From IMG/VR virus record IMGVR_UViG_3300044981_000245, positions 1-63,253 of that record: a stretch of 63,253 nt of DNA; one strand, 5' to 3'. The position numbers and the translations under genes were made by a program. This document shows, piece after piece, positions 46,367-55,533 of this stretch. Source of the stretch: a virus (taxonomy: Duplodnaviria > Caudoviricetes). Each line of letters begins with the position of its first letter. The first letter of the stretch is position 1. The notes under the pieces were generated by a model. It saw only the letters and a program-made list of their open reading frames with translations. It searched no databases and was not told the DNA's origin.

Positions 46367-46749
46367 GTCGACTGGCCGAAGGGATTTACGCTGGGCTCGA
46401 TGCGCACGCAGTCATTGGGGTCATCGTGCGAGCTGGCCTCGATAATGATGCCACCCTCCGGCGACAGGCACTTGACGCGGTGCACGGTGCGCGGGTCGAG
46501 CGATATGACGCCACCAGGACCCATGCTGTTGTTGCCCTGCGCCTTCTCATCATCAAGCGAGTACCAGTCGATCTCGAACCGGCCCTTGAGGATCACGAAG
46601 GTCTCGTGTTTCTTCTCGTGGTAGTGCCGGGAGCTGATGCGCACGCCGTCGTATTGGAGCAGCTTGCAGCAATAGCGCTCGTCGTTGTGGAGGATGATTT
46701 CCCTGCCCCACATCTTGGGCACCTTGTCAATCACTAAACCGTTGCTCAT
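46363..46749 (-). CDS. Cupin, sugar isomerase/epimerase-like
   Basis: K.WG.E...YC.K.L...S.HYH..K.ETF...HR...E.S; aggag RBS. Confidence 0.8.
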   Translation of the reverse strand: MSNGLVIDKVPKMWGREIILHNDERYCCKLLQYDGVRISSRHYHEKKHETFVILKGRFEIDWYSLDDEKAQGNNSMGPGGVISLDPRTVHRVKCLSPEGGIIIEASSHDDPNDCVRIEPSVNPFGQST

Positions 46750-46861
46750 CTCAGTCTCCTGCTGCGGTACATGCGGCTTCACGGGCCGCGAGTGGCAATC
46801 GTAGCACAGCCCGTCGGGGGCCGAGTTCCTATGATCGCAGTGTAAAGGATGTCGGGGGTTC

Positions 46862-47035
46862 TTAGCTAGCACGTCCGGTGCCTAAGCACTTGGGGCAGCC
46901 ACTGCCCTGCTGCGCAGTGCGCCACGCCTTCTTGCCGTTGTCAAGCTCCACGCGCTCAAGCTCGGGCTCGGTCTCGCGCGTGACGCCGCGGCCTTTGCAA
47001 AGCGGACATTCTTTTACTCGCTCGGCGGTTCCCAT
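46862..47035 (-). CDS. Small DnaJ-type Zn-finger protein
   Basis: CPLCKGRG and CPKCLGTG motifs. Confidence 0.55.
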   Translation of the reverse strand: MGTAERVKECPLCKGRGVTRETEPELERVELDNGKKAWRTAQQGSGCPKCLGTGRAS

Positions 47036-48114
47036 TTGGGCGCGGTTCCTCTCATACAATTTTGCAATGTGTCCCAAGTCCACTCGGGAAGAATCTCGGC
47101 CACGCACTGAGCGGTGCCGTATGTGTCGTGCCGGCGGCAGCCCTCGAACGTTGGCAACATTTTGTGGCAAGCCAAAACCTCGTTCTTCCCGCGGCCGGGG
47201 CACTCGGTCTTGGGTGCCCACATGGGCGTACAATTGACCCAATCGCGCGGCAGGTTCTCAATGGTGCTGTGCGATAAGAATACGATCTTGGGCATCGGAT
47301 AGAAAGCCGCCGCAGACATGACGCCGGTCTCGGGACCCACCACCACATCAGCGATCTCCATCATGGTGAGTGTCTGGCGGATGGAGTGCTTACCTGATGC
47401 GCACCAGATGCGAGGTTTGGCCTCGTAGCCGCGCTCGAACTCAGCACAGCTGGCATCCCCGGCAGTTACCACGCCCCACGTCGGGTAGTGCTGCAGCAGG
47501 TGATCCCAGATGACCGCCGTGTGCGGATAGACCTTGTGCGTGCGGCTTGAGCCGCCAAGCACCCACATGATCAGCTTGTCAATGCCGGCCTTCCGCATAC
47601 GGGCGCGCTCTTGGTCGCGCCACTTGATCTCGGCTTCCGTGGGGTAGAACTTGAAGCTGGGTACGTACTTCACGCCGGCGATCTGGTGCTGAAACTCCAC
47701 GTAGTTGTGATTCATGAAGATATGGCGCCCCTTTGGGCTCCAGCCGAACTTCACATTGCCAGGGCCAACCAGCAAGTTAGATTCCGCGGATTCCGTGAGG
47801 TTGATCCAAAAATCGAAGCGCTTGTTACCCGGAGCGCCGTAGAGCTCGAACCACACCCAAAGCCGGCCCAGTTCGCCGATGGCGACTTGGTTCGGAGTCT
47901 GCACCACGAGCCGATCGATATTCGGGTCGTTCATCACGACTTCACTGCCCGGAAATTGGCACATGAAAGTGACGTGGTAGTTCTCTCTCTTTAGCTGATT
48001 GACGATGCTGACGGCTTGCACAACATCACCAAAAGCTCCGTACCTGACCACGCAGGCTGTCTTTTTGTTCTCAGGATTAAGAATATTCCTGTGTGAAAAT
48101 TTATGTATTGACAT
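47014..48114 (-). CDS. Glycosyltransferase family 9 (heptosyltransferase-like)
   Basis: RYGAFGDVV, PNID, ADVVVGPETG.M..AA, Cys-rich C-terminus. Confidence 0.88.
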   Translation of the reverse strand: MSIHKFSHRNILNPENKKTACVVRYGAFGDVVQAVSIVNQLKRENYHVTFMCQFPGSEVVMNDPNIDRLVVQTPNQVAIGELGRLWVWFELYGAPGNKRFDFWINLTESAESNLLVGPGNVKFGWSPKGRHIFMNHNYVEFQHQIAGVKYVPSFKFYPTEAEIKWRDQERARMRKAGIDKLIMWVLGGSSRTHKVYPHTAVIWDHLLQHYPTWGVVTAGDASCAEFERGYEAKPRIWCASGKHSIRQTLTMMEIADVVVGPETGVMSAAAFYPMPKIVFLSHSTIENLPRDWVNCTPMWAPKTECPGRGKNEVLACHKMLPTFEGCRRHDTYGTAQCVAEILPEWTWDTLQNCMRGTAPKWEPPSE

Positions 48115-48562
48115 GCGCGCTGATCTTCTTTTCTTTTATTAAGGAAACAAGTGCTCGCGAAACACCGAATCTTTTTGATATCGCCTCGTGTGTGCCTGCC
48201 GCTAAAAATATTTCTCGCCGTTGCACGTTTGTAAGCTTGGAACGCCAGTGCTGTTCGCCGCGCGGCGTGCGCTCTCTAGCTACGCGATCGTCGATGTTGT
48301 CTTGAACGCTGCCCAGCAAAAGATGCGCCGGATTGCAGCACTTAGGCGTATCACAGCTATGACGCACGACAGCCCCGGTGGGCTCTCCTCGGAATAGCGC
48401 GTAGCATACCCTGTGCGCCTTAAGAACCTTGCCGCTCGCCCGATCAAGCATGGCGCCGTATCCGTCCTTATCGAGCCATCCATTCCACAGCCAGCAGTGG
48501 CCGAGTCGGACGTCCACATGCCGCCAAAAACGCACTAATAGGCTTTGCCGAGGACGCCCCAT
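48101..48562 (-). CDS. HNH homing endonuclease
   Basis: RFW..V...CWLW.G...GYG...AHR...HSCD...C.NP.HL..G...DN. Confidence 0.93.
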   Translation of the reverse strand: MGRPRQSLLVRFWRHVDVRLGHCWLWNGWLDKDGYGAMLDRASGKVLKAHRVCYALFRGEPTGAVVRHSCDTPKCCNPAHLLLGSVQDNIDDRVARERTPRGEQHWRSKLTNVQRREIFLAAGTHEAISKRFGVSRALVSLIKEKKISAHVNT

Positions 48563-49725
48563 TAGCTGAAAACCTCCAATCTGGGAATCGCAGTCACGAA
48601 CGAGCCTTTGTACCCGCGGTTGCGCAGGCGCTTCACGGCCTCGTCCTTCCAGGTCCAGCAGAGCAGCAGGATGTAGTCCGGCTCCGCGGCAATAAGATCC
48701 TCTTCGCTCACAATGGGCAGCGCGGTGCCTGGCGCCAGCTTACCGATCTTCTCAGGGTTGACGTCGCCGATCATGTGAAGCGCATGGTGCTGCGCCCAAT
48801 ACGGCTTGCAGTAGTTGAGGAAGGTGTTGCCCCGCGCGGCTGCGCCATATGCGCAGACCTTGAGTCCTGCGAACTCGGCGGTCGTCATGAAATTGTTGAA
48901 GTTGAGACGTACCGCGTAGACACGTTCGCGAAAGGCTACCAGATCCAGCGCTTCTTCGGCTTCTATCTGCGCGTTGACACTATCGTGGACGGAGCAGCTC
49001 GTGCCGATGAAAACCCGCAGGCTGCCGCCGTGCGTCGGCAAATGCTCGACGTCATAGACACACAGCCCAAACGCCGGAAGCGCGTTCTGCAAGGCCTGAA
49101 CGGTGAGGTAGGAGTAGTGCTCGTGATAGATCGTGTCGAACTGTGTCTGGTTTATCGTAGTCACGAGATTCGGGAATTCAAGGATGGCCGTACCGTTGAG
49201 CTTGAGTACGCGCGATACGGCACGGAAGAAGTCCCGCAAGTCGGGGATCTGAGCCACGGTGTTCAGCGCGATGATGATATCCGCCGGAAAGAGATCGTAA
49301 GACAGTTCACTGTTGAAATAGGCTTTGATCGTGGGGACGGTTGAGGGGATGCCGGTTGGATCCACGCCGAGGACACGGCCTTTTTGGAAGTTGCGCAGCA
49401 GGTACCCATCGTTGCTGCCTGCTTCAATGATTCGACTGTCCTCGGTCAGATTGAAACGATTCTCTATTTGCCGGGCTAAACTCTCAACGTGATCAAGCCA
49501 TTGCTTGGAGCCCTTACTAGAATGTAAAGCATATTTAACATTGAAGATTGAGTCCGGCGGCACGTCCACCGTGAGCTGGAGCAGGCTGCACTTGGTGCAC
49601 TGCGCGATTGCCAGCGGGTACCGCGCGGCGATGTGCGTGCCGCTGAAGAAGTCATTCGACGGTGGCTGTTCGCCCAAGTCGAGGATGGGGTAGTTGAGCG
49701 GCGCGGCGCAGAGGCGGCATTTCAT
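48562..49725 (-). CDS. NDP-sugar C-methyltransferase (NovU/TylC3/TcaB9-like)
   Basis: Zn site CRLC...CTKC, E.GSNDG.LL, FDTIYHEH.SY, THGGSLR, YGAAA.GN..LNY. Confidence 0.92.
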   Translation of the reverse strand: MKCRLCAAPLNYPILDLGEQPPSNDFFSGTHIAARYPLAIAQCTKCSLLQLTVDVPPDSIFNVKYALHSSKGSKQWLDHVESLARQIENRFNLTEDSRIIEAGSNDGYLLRNFQKGRVLGVDPTGIPSTVPTIKAYFNSELSYDLFPADIIIALNTVAQIPDLRDFFRAVSRVLKLNGTAILEFPNLVTTINQTQFDTIYHEHYSYLTVQALQNALPAFGLCVYDVEHLPTHGGSLRVFIGTSCSVHDSVNAQIEAEEALDLVAFRERVYAVRLNFNNFMTTAEFAGLKVCAYGAAARGNTFLNYCKPYWAQHHALHMIGDVNPEKIGKLAPGTALPIVSEEDLIAAEPDYILLLCWTWKDEAVKRLRNRGYKGSFVTAIPRLEVFS

Positions 49726-50393
49726 TCGAACACCGTAAACCAGCGATTGGTGATGGGGTCGACGGAACACTCGTACCTGAGCTCGCGGATAGCTTGGCGC
49801 GCGCCGTCGAGGCCGCCGAAGGGGCCGCCAGCCGTGTCGTCGAACCACATGATTCCGCCCTTCGCCATCAAGCCCTCTAGCGCGATGCATGTCTCAAGCG
49901 TCGAGCGGTAGGCGTCGACGTCGACGTGCGCGAAAGCAATGGGCGCAGGCGGCATTGGCTCGCACGGAAAGATGCCCTTGACAATCGTCGGATACTTGCC
50001 CAAGAAACCGCGCACGCGCGCCATGCCCGTCTTGAGCTCGCCCACAGGCACTCCATGATTGGCGTCCTCGGCGTCCTTGTACGGCATGCCCTCGAAAGTG
50101 TCGTAGAGGTAGACCGGACGTCCCTGCGTCTTGGCAAGCGCGCTCAGGTGATGCGCGGTGCCGCCCCAATACACGCCGACCTCGACGAAGCAGCCCTCGG
50201 GCGCGGTCGCAGCCATCTCGATCATGGGCACGATCTCCCACGGCTCGAGGCAGCACGGCATGCAGTGGCCGCCGCCACCGTGGATCTTGTGGAGGCGCAT
50301 TGAAGCATCAGTGTTGCGCTTGAGCTGCGCCAGCGAGGTTGACCCGTTGTGCAGCGCGGTGAAGCCCTCGACGCCGATGTTGATGGGAATCAT
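49722..50393 (-). CDS. TylF/MycF/NovP-family O-methyltransferase
   Basis: G.FVEVGV..GG, YDTFEG.P, H.DVD.Y.ST, GG...FDD. Confidence 0.88.
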   Translation of the reverse strand: MIPINIGVEGFTALHNGSTSLAQLKRNTDASMRLHKIHGGGGHCMPCCLEPWEIVPMIEMAATAPEGCFVEVGVYWGGTAHHLSALAKTQGRPVYLYDTFEGMPYKDAEDANHGVPVGELKTGMARVRGFLGKYPTIVKGIFPCEPMPPAPIAFAHVDVDAYRSTLETCIALEGLMAKGGIMWFDDTAGGPFGGLDGARQAIRELRYECSVDPITNRWFTVFE

Positions 50394-50398
50394 GCCGC

Positions 50399-50962
50399 TC
50401 ACTTTAGCCGCCTGAACACAAAGAACAGCGCGTACTCTTCTTCGCGCGTGCACTTCTCGAAGCAGCACAGGTCCCAGTTGAATGCGAGCTTCTCCATGGC
50501 CTGCACGACGCGCGCGTAATTCACGTTCCACTTCTGGTCGGGGTCCGCGCCAGGCTCCGGCGCGATGTCGCGCTCAGGCTCAATGACCTTTGGCACTTGA
50601 TCCTCATCCGGCAAGTATAGAATCAAGCAGCCGCCCACTTTGACACAGTTCATCCAGTGCCGCAGCACGTCCGGCACTTCTTTGTACGGAAAGGTCTGCA
50701 GGAGGAAAGACGAGTAGACGTAGTCCCACACGCCGGCAGAGAAAGGTAGCTGGCGCGCGTCACCGCGGATGTTCGCCATCACCTTCATGCCCCAGCGCTC
50801 GGCGCCGTAGCCGTTGTCTATGCCGAGCACGAACTCGGTGTCGAACAGGCGCTCCTGACCGCAGCCAAGATCAAGGCCCTTGCCGGCGGTGTACGGGATT
50901 GCGCGCCAACGCGTTTTGGGCGTCTCATTGAAGGTATTGGGGCGCAGCGGGGACCATGTCAT
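50399..50962 (-). CDS. Class I SAM-dependent methyltransferase
   Basis: GLDLGCG, DYVYSS, K.GG.LILYLP. Confidence 0.85.
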   Translation of the reverse strand: MTWSPLRPNTFNETPKTRWRAIPYTAGKGLDLGCGQERLFDTEFVLGIDNGYGAERWGMKVMANIRGDARQLPFSAGVWDYVYSSFLLQTFPYKEVPDVLRHWMNCVKVGGCLILYLPDEDQVPKVIEPERDIAPEPGADPDQKWNVNYARVVQAMEKLAFNWDLCCFEKCTREEEYALFFVFRRLK

Positions 50963-51083
50963 CGGCGGTCACCCTCGTCGGGGCCGCCTAGCGAGAACAG
51001 CGCCCAGATTGCTAGGCCGCCGACTAGGAACAGAAAGAGCGTCATGCCGTCATCCTGGTTGGGGCAGAATTCGCAGCTTACAT

Positions 51084-51113
51084 AAAGAGAAAGCCGGGCG
51101 CAAGGCCCGGCTT
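51084..51113 (-). terminator. Rho-independent terminator
   Basis: Minus strand aagccgggc-cttgc-gcccggctt followed by tctcttt. Confidence 0.8.
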
Positions 51114-51139
51114 CCGTGATCGACTTAAGTCGATTCTTC

Positions 51140-51862
51140 TTACCGCGTGACGAGGCCACCGGGGCTGAAGGTCAGTTCCAGTTCTCCGACATAGAGCTGT
51201 CCGGTATCGGTGCCCTTGGTCACGATCAGAACGTCGCCCGGCTGGATGGTGAGGCCACCATTTGGGCCGATCGGGAACACGTAGCCGCCTTGGGTGTTGG
51301 TGCCGACGCCGTTGGACACAACCACCGTGAACGTGCCGCCCGAGAGCTGCACGCACTGCGGGGTCAAGCCCGAGGTGCCCTGCGCCAGCGCCGTGCCGCT
51401 CACGCCGCCCGACTGGCCGGTCATGAAGGTCATGACGTTGAAGATCTGCACCACGTTAACGTTGGTCGCCGTCTGCGTGCTCGAGCCGTAGAACGTCCCC
51501 GTGCTGACGCCAGAGACGAAGTACGAAGGACCAGTCGCGGTGCCGAACACCTGAGCGTACTGGCTGATAAGGTAGAGCTGGAAGTAGTCACCACCGGCGG
51601 CCGTGACTTCAGTCGTGGTGGAGATGCCCTTGACCACGTACGGAATCGCGGTCAGTGACTTCAGCTGCTTATTGAAGCTCGTGACGAACGCGGCAGCCGC
51701 GGCGCCCTGAGAAACGGTGGCAGTACCGTTTGAGAAAAGCTCAAACTGTACTGGGTCGGTCTGGATGTACTGCGACTCGTCGTAGGCATACGAGCGAGAC
51801 TGGGCGGCGGTACCTACGGTAGCGCTTAACCCGAACTGAAAATTGGCATTGACGCCTGACAT
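51140..51862 (-). CDS. Gly/Thr-rich putative virion (decoration-like) protein
   Basis: Beta-rich and capsid-like codon bias; own promoter, aagagga RBS and terminator. Confidence 0.6.
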   Translation of the reverse strand: MSGVNANFQFGLSATVGTAAQSRSYAYDESQYIQTDPVQFELFSNGTATVSQGAAAAAFVTSFNKQLKSLTAIPYVVKGISTTTEVTAAGGDYFQLYLISQYAQVFGTATGPSYFVSGVSTGTFYGSSTQTATNVNVVQIFNVMTFMTGQSGGVSGTALAQGTSGLTPQCVQLSGGTFTVVVSNGVGTNTQGGYVFPIGPNGGLTIQPGDVLIVTKGTDTGQLYVGELELTFSPGGLVTR

Positions 51863-51950
51863 TGTGGATTCCTCTTATGAAAGTCGCCTCCCGACATCAC
51901 GGACGCTAGAGTCCGCAGGGAAGGCTGCAAGAGGACTGCCGTTGGGGTTA

Positions 51951-51979
51951 TGTAAACACCAAACGGCACTTATTGTCAA
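51951..51979 (-). promoter_or_regulatory. Promoter TTGACA-ATAA-N13-TTTACA
   Basis: Perfect -35 hexamer, 17-nt spacer; same layout as 61804-61832. Confidence 0.6.
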
Positions 51980-52977
51980 GTTCGGGGCTTGGACCCCTGA
52001 ATCAGGCTGTTCAGCATCCGGTACGTGTGGTGTGCGCCCTTCATCATGTCGATCGTCAAAGGATTGGCCGTAAACGCCTGATAAGCCCCGGGAACGTGGA
52101 GCAAATTATACCCGCGCAGCACGCAATAAGCGTCCACGATACTGGCCGTGAGCATCATCTTGTAGCTGGCCTTGGCCTCCGGCGGCAGTGTGTCGGTGGC
52201 AAGGTCCACGGCGTGCGCGAGCCACTCAAGCTGGTCGATATAGCTTTGCGGGCCGGCCGCCAATACCTCATCCGAGAGATGGCGCAGGCCGTACTTGCTT
52301 GTGTCGTCGTCGGGCTTTGGCGCCCGCATAATGAACTTGGCGCCGCCCTCGTAGAGGATCGCGCCGCGGAGCGCCGCCTCCATCACAATGAGATGGTCAA
52401 AACCGCTGCATAGATGGCGGATGGGAAGCTTGCGGCGGATCGTCTCGTTCCACAGGCCAAAGAACTGCGGACTGTCTATGGTGGTAATCACGGCTTGGGG
52501 AATGAACGCGCGCGGCACCTGCCGGAACTGCATGATGTTCTGAAAGCGTCCGATGATCTCAGTCGCTTCATTCACCTGCCAAGTGTCGCAGTAGAGTAGA
52601 GAGGCGCCCTCGGGTCCGAATGCTTTGAGCTCTGCATCCATGCGATTGACGAGCACTTCAAGATGGGTGTCTTCCGCCCAGAAGTCATGGCCGCCGAGCG
52701 TGATCGTATAGTCGTGACCTTTGTCATTCAGGAAACGCCAAGCGTAATCCATTGTGGGTATGCCGCGCCGCTTGAGCGACTCCGGCAGTTCCACAAGCAC
52801 AATGCGGTTGTCAGCAGCGAAAGCGTCGGCCCATATCTGCGTTGCCGCCGGATCCGTAGAATTGTCCACGGCATATAGCGTAAAGTCTCGGTAGTTCTGC
52901 TTAAGTACCGAGGATATGGCGCCTGCCAAATGCTGCGCGTTATTGTGGTTATTAATCCAGACGCCTACTCTACTCAT
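51976..52977 (-). CDS. Glycosyltransferase family 2 (GT-A)
   Basis: N.HN.A.HL..AI.SVL.Q.Y.DF.L..VDN.TD; DxD position reads GGHD. Confidence 0.85.
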   Translation of the reverse strand: MSRVGVWINNHNNAQHLAGAISSVLKQNYRDFTLYAVDNSTDPAATQIWADAFAADNRIVLVELPESLKRRGIPTMDYAWRFLNDKGHDYTITLGGHDFWAEDTHLEVLVNRMDAELKAFGPEGASLLYCDTWQVNEATEIIGRFQNIMQFRQVPRAFIPQAVITTIDSPQFFGLWNETIRRKLPIRHLCSGFDHLIVMEAALRGAILYEGGAKFIMRAPKPDDDTSKYGLRHLSDEVLAAGPQSYIDQLEWLAHAVDLATDTLPPEAKASYKMMLTASIVDAYCVLRGYNLLHVPGAYQAFTANPLTIDMMKGAHHTYRMLNSLIQGSKPRT

Positions 52978-53333
52978 TTGAGATTTTCTTTTATGGAAAC
53001 CGCTGTGCGTCTGTCTCTCCTACCAGCGCGATAGCCAGCTAGCCAGCAAATACGGCTTCTGAGATTACGTTGGTCTGGGTTCTCTGGAAAGCAGCGATGC
53101 TCGGGAATCGCGAAGCTATCCGCGTAGGCCCTAGCGCGCTCTCTCAGTGTTTTACGGCGCATCGGACTTGCCCAACTCATCTCTAACGATGTTACGCACA
53201 TCTTCCTCCGTCAGTCCTGAGAGCCAGCCAGAGGGTTTCTGATCTCGTTTTGTGCAACGGCAGTTGCAGTGGGCCCCGCATTCGCACTGGCCTCGCTCGT
53301 TGTATCTCGTACAACCCATACACGCGCAAATAT

Positions 53334-53804
53334 TCATGGGAGAGGAGTCTCGCTCTCCGCAGCTAATGCGGCTCGCGCCTGTTCCAAAGGCGCCCACCCC
53401 GGAGTTTTTTCCGTAGTCCAATCGACTAGGCTTTTCAATGCCCTGCGTAGCCTAATGTTCTCTCTGACTACGCCCAAGTGCACCTTGAGATGCGTGTCTA
53501 ACTCCTCGCGCAGCCGGTCAATATCTGAGAATCGCTCATTTAACCAGCCCACAAATTCCTCGGCATCCTCTCTGTCTTCCCCTACTTCTAGACCGTCGAA
53601 GCCATTGCCTTTGATAGTTGGGCGTTCCTCTGATGTGTAGTGCTTAACGACAAACTGCTGTACGACCATCTCCGGTTTTAGTGTCTCTAGCATTTCGGTC
53701 TCCCGCCCTGATTGGCGACACGGCGCTATGGTGAACTGGGTGGTAAAGAACAGTTTCCCGCAGTGCTTGCACTGGCATTGATGCTGGTCGCCTACTTGGA
53801 GCAT
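53334..53804 (-). CDS. Hypothetical protein
   Basis: Coiled-coil C-terminus; may start at 53693. Confidence 0.55.
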   Translation of the reverse strand: MLQVGDQHQCQCKHCGKLFFTTQFTIAPCRQSGRETEMLETLKPEMVVQQFVVKHYTSEERPTIKGNGFDGLEVGEDREDAEEFVGWLNERFSDIDRLREELDTHLKVHLGVVRENIRLRRALKSLVDWTTEKTPGWAPLEQARAALAAESETPLP

Positions 53805-54112
53805 GTGCCACCGTCTGTTTTACCCGATGCTCTATTTGGGCAATTGCTGTGGTGTTCGTACGGGTCGATTGAATTGCACCCCGTACATCGATAGTCGTCC
53901 GTCTCGTCAGCGGGGCGCAGGGCTTCGCGGTAGCCGTCGCACGTTGGGCAGTGCCCACGCCGCATCTTTGGAGAGTGGAAGCTGATGTTACGGTGGGCGT
54001 CGTACATTCTCTGTGCTATCCCGCGCAGCCGCTCGATTTCTCGAACGAGCTCGTCAGCCTCGCATACGCAAAATTCGGGCGCCGTGTGCGACGGATGCGT
54101 GCAGTATCTCAT
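53792..54112 (-). CDS. Cys-rich hypothetical protein
   Basis: ATGA overlap with spanin stop; CxxC motifs. Confidence 0.55.
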   Translation of the reverse strand: MRYCTHPSHTAPEFCVCEADELVREIERLRGIAQRMYDAHRNISFHSPKMRRGHCPTCDGYREALRPADETDDYRCTGCNSIDPYEHHSNCPNRASGKTDGGTCSK

Positions 54113-54576
54113 TTGCCAGTCAGTGCGTCGCGCTCGGCACGCTCTTCGGTGCAGACGGCGTTGTCGTGGATTGCGGCGGAGATAAGGCCGTTGACAGCGC
54201 TATCAACGCTTGAGGGACCTGCAGCTGCACCCGCGGGGGCGGCGGTGGCACTTGGTAGCACGGCGTTGGGACAACGATTGGCTTCGTACTCGCGCAACCT
54301 AGCAGACAGAGCGTTAGACTGAGCGATGCCAGCAGTAATTTGTACATTGAGGGCGTCCTGTGAAGCTTTGAGTTTAGCGGTGTAATCCGCGTTCTGGTCT
54401 ATGATCTGATTGGAGGCTTCTTTGAGCGCTTCGGCACTCTCCGCTTTCACGTCGGCCGCGAAGGTGAGCGCTGCCTCGTATTTGTGGTAAGTCCAGCCGC
54501 CCCACGCGAGCGCCGCCGCGATCAGCACGCCGTAGATGCAGTCCTTGAGTCCGAAGGTTGCGAGGAGGGCGCCCAT
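54109..54576 (-). CDS. i-spanin (Rz-like)
   Basis: N-terminal TM, long coiled coil, C-terminal Cys; contains nested lipoprotein ORF. Confidence 0.75.
   Translation of the reverse strand: MGALLATFGLKDCIYGVLIAAALAWGGWTYHKYEAALTFAADVKAESAEALKEASNQIIDQNADYTAKLKASQDALNVQITAGIAQSNALSARLREYEANRCPNAVLPSATAAPAGAAAGPSSVDSAVNGLISAAIHDNAVCTEERAERDALTGK
54120..54347 (-). CDS. o-spanin (Rz1-like lipoprotein) embedded in i-spanin
   Basis: Signal peptide with lipobox LLGC; Pro-rich mature part; alternative frame. Confidence 0.75.
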   Translation of the reverse strand: MYKLLLASLSLTLCLLGCASTKPIVVPTPCYQVPPPPPRVQLQVPQALIALSTALSPPQSTTTPSAPKSVPSATH

Positions 54577-54746
54577 TACTGCACCATAGCCGAGCGGCAC
54601 CAGAGCTTATGCTTGCCTTCGTCATTGTCCGGCAGGCGGTCGATAAACGTGCGACATTCGGCGTACGTGGGATAAACACCGATGAACTCGTCCATCCCGA
54701 TGCCGGTCACCACGTAGTGAAGCAAAAGCACGTAGACGGTCGTCAT
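54576..54746 (-). CDS. Small hypothetical protein (56 aa)
   Basis: MTTVYVLLLHYVVTG..., ggag RBS; stop overlaps spanin ATG. Confidence 0.55.
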   Translation of the reverse strand: MTTVYVLLLHYVVTGIGMDEFIGVYPTYAECRTFIDRLPDNDEGKHKLWCRSAMVQ

Positions 54747-54976
54747 GGACACAGCTCCAAAAATCCGTAGCGGTTGTTGACGTAGATCGCAGTGGGGCAG
54801 CCGGAGTCAAACTGTTTTAAGTTATCTTGGCTCCATGACTCGCTTGAGATATGCGATGCCTCGTTCAAGCCCTGGTAACAGTTGTGACAGTGCGAGCAGC
54901 TGTTGGCGAGCATCAAAATGATGACGCCGACTGCCATGAGTGCAAGACCTATGAACCAGCGAAAGGGTGGATTCAC
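54743..54976 (-). CDS. Small membrane/exported Cys-rich protein
   Basis: aggagg RBS; hydrophobic N-terminus. Confidence 0.5.
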   Translation of the reverse strand: MNPPFRWFIGLALMAVGVIILMLANSCSHCHNCYQGLNEASHISSESWSQDNLKQFDSGCPTAIYVNNRYGFLELCP

Positions 54977-55060
54977 AATACGCCCTCCTGAGGCGAATTA
55001 AGATGGGACCGGGAGACGCCGCACATTGCCGGTGAGAGCACGCTGTAGGGTTACCATCCC

Positions 55061-55273
55061 TCAAGCCAACCGGTCCGCATCCTCGTTATACGCCACGATT
55101 GCGGCCTTTGCAAACTCTTGCAAAAGGCGCTGAATCTCGGTCTCAAGCCTGGGCTTGGCGCTCGGGCGGTTCCACCCCTTGGGCACGTACCGCTTCTGCG
55201 TGCGCGGCTTGGGTGGGCCGACAAACGCGCGGTATTGCTGCCGTACCGCAACGGTGCCTGCGCGCCTCACCAC
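55061..55273 (-). CDS. Small basic protein
   Basis: Overlapping chain of ORFs. Confidence 0.45.
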   Translation of the reverse strand: MVRRAGTVAVRQQYRAFVGPPKPRTQKRYVPKGWNRPSAKPRLETEIQRLLQEFAKAAIVAYNEDADRLA

Positions 55274-55533
55274 CTGCCCTTCCGTGCACAGATAAAGCCT
55301 ATGACCGCTAGCACACCGACCACGCCGTACGCCACATGGTTCTGGTGGTCAACGATGGTGTTGCACTGCGCCTCGGTGTGCGTCTGCAGGCACGTCTCGC
55401 TGAACGTAGGCAGCGTGTCGGCGTGCGTCGGCGGCGTGTCATCCTCAGGATACGGCACGGGGCTGCCCGGGTGCCCTTGTTTAAATCCCGCCGGATTGAG
55501 AATGCTCATAGGACTGGATATGCCTGTGCTCAT
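55267..55533 (-). CDS. Small membrane protein
   Basis: C-terminal TM; ATGA overlap. Confidence 0.55.
   Translation of the reverse strand: MSTGISSPMSILNPAGFKQGHPGSPVPYPEDDTPPTHADTLPTFSETCLQTHTEAQCNTIVDHQNHVAYGVVGVLAVIGFICARKGRW

Noticed and set aside
48101-48562. Group I intron or intein-encoded HNH
   Set aside because: Flanking genes are complete and overlap the HNH directly, leaving no room for an intron core
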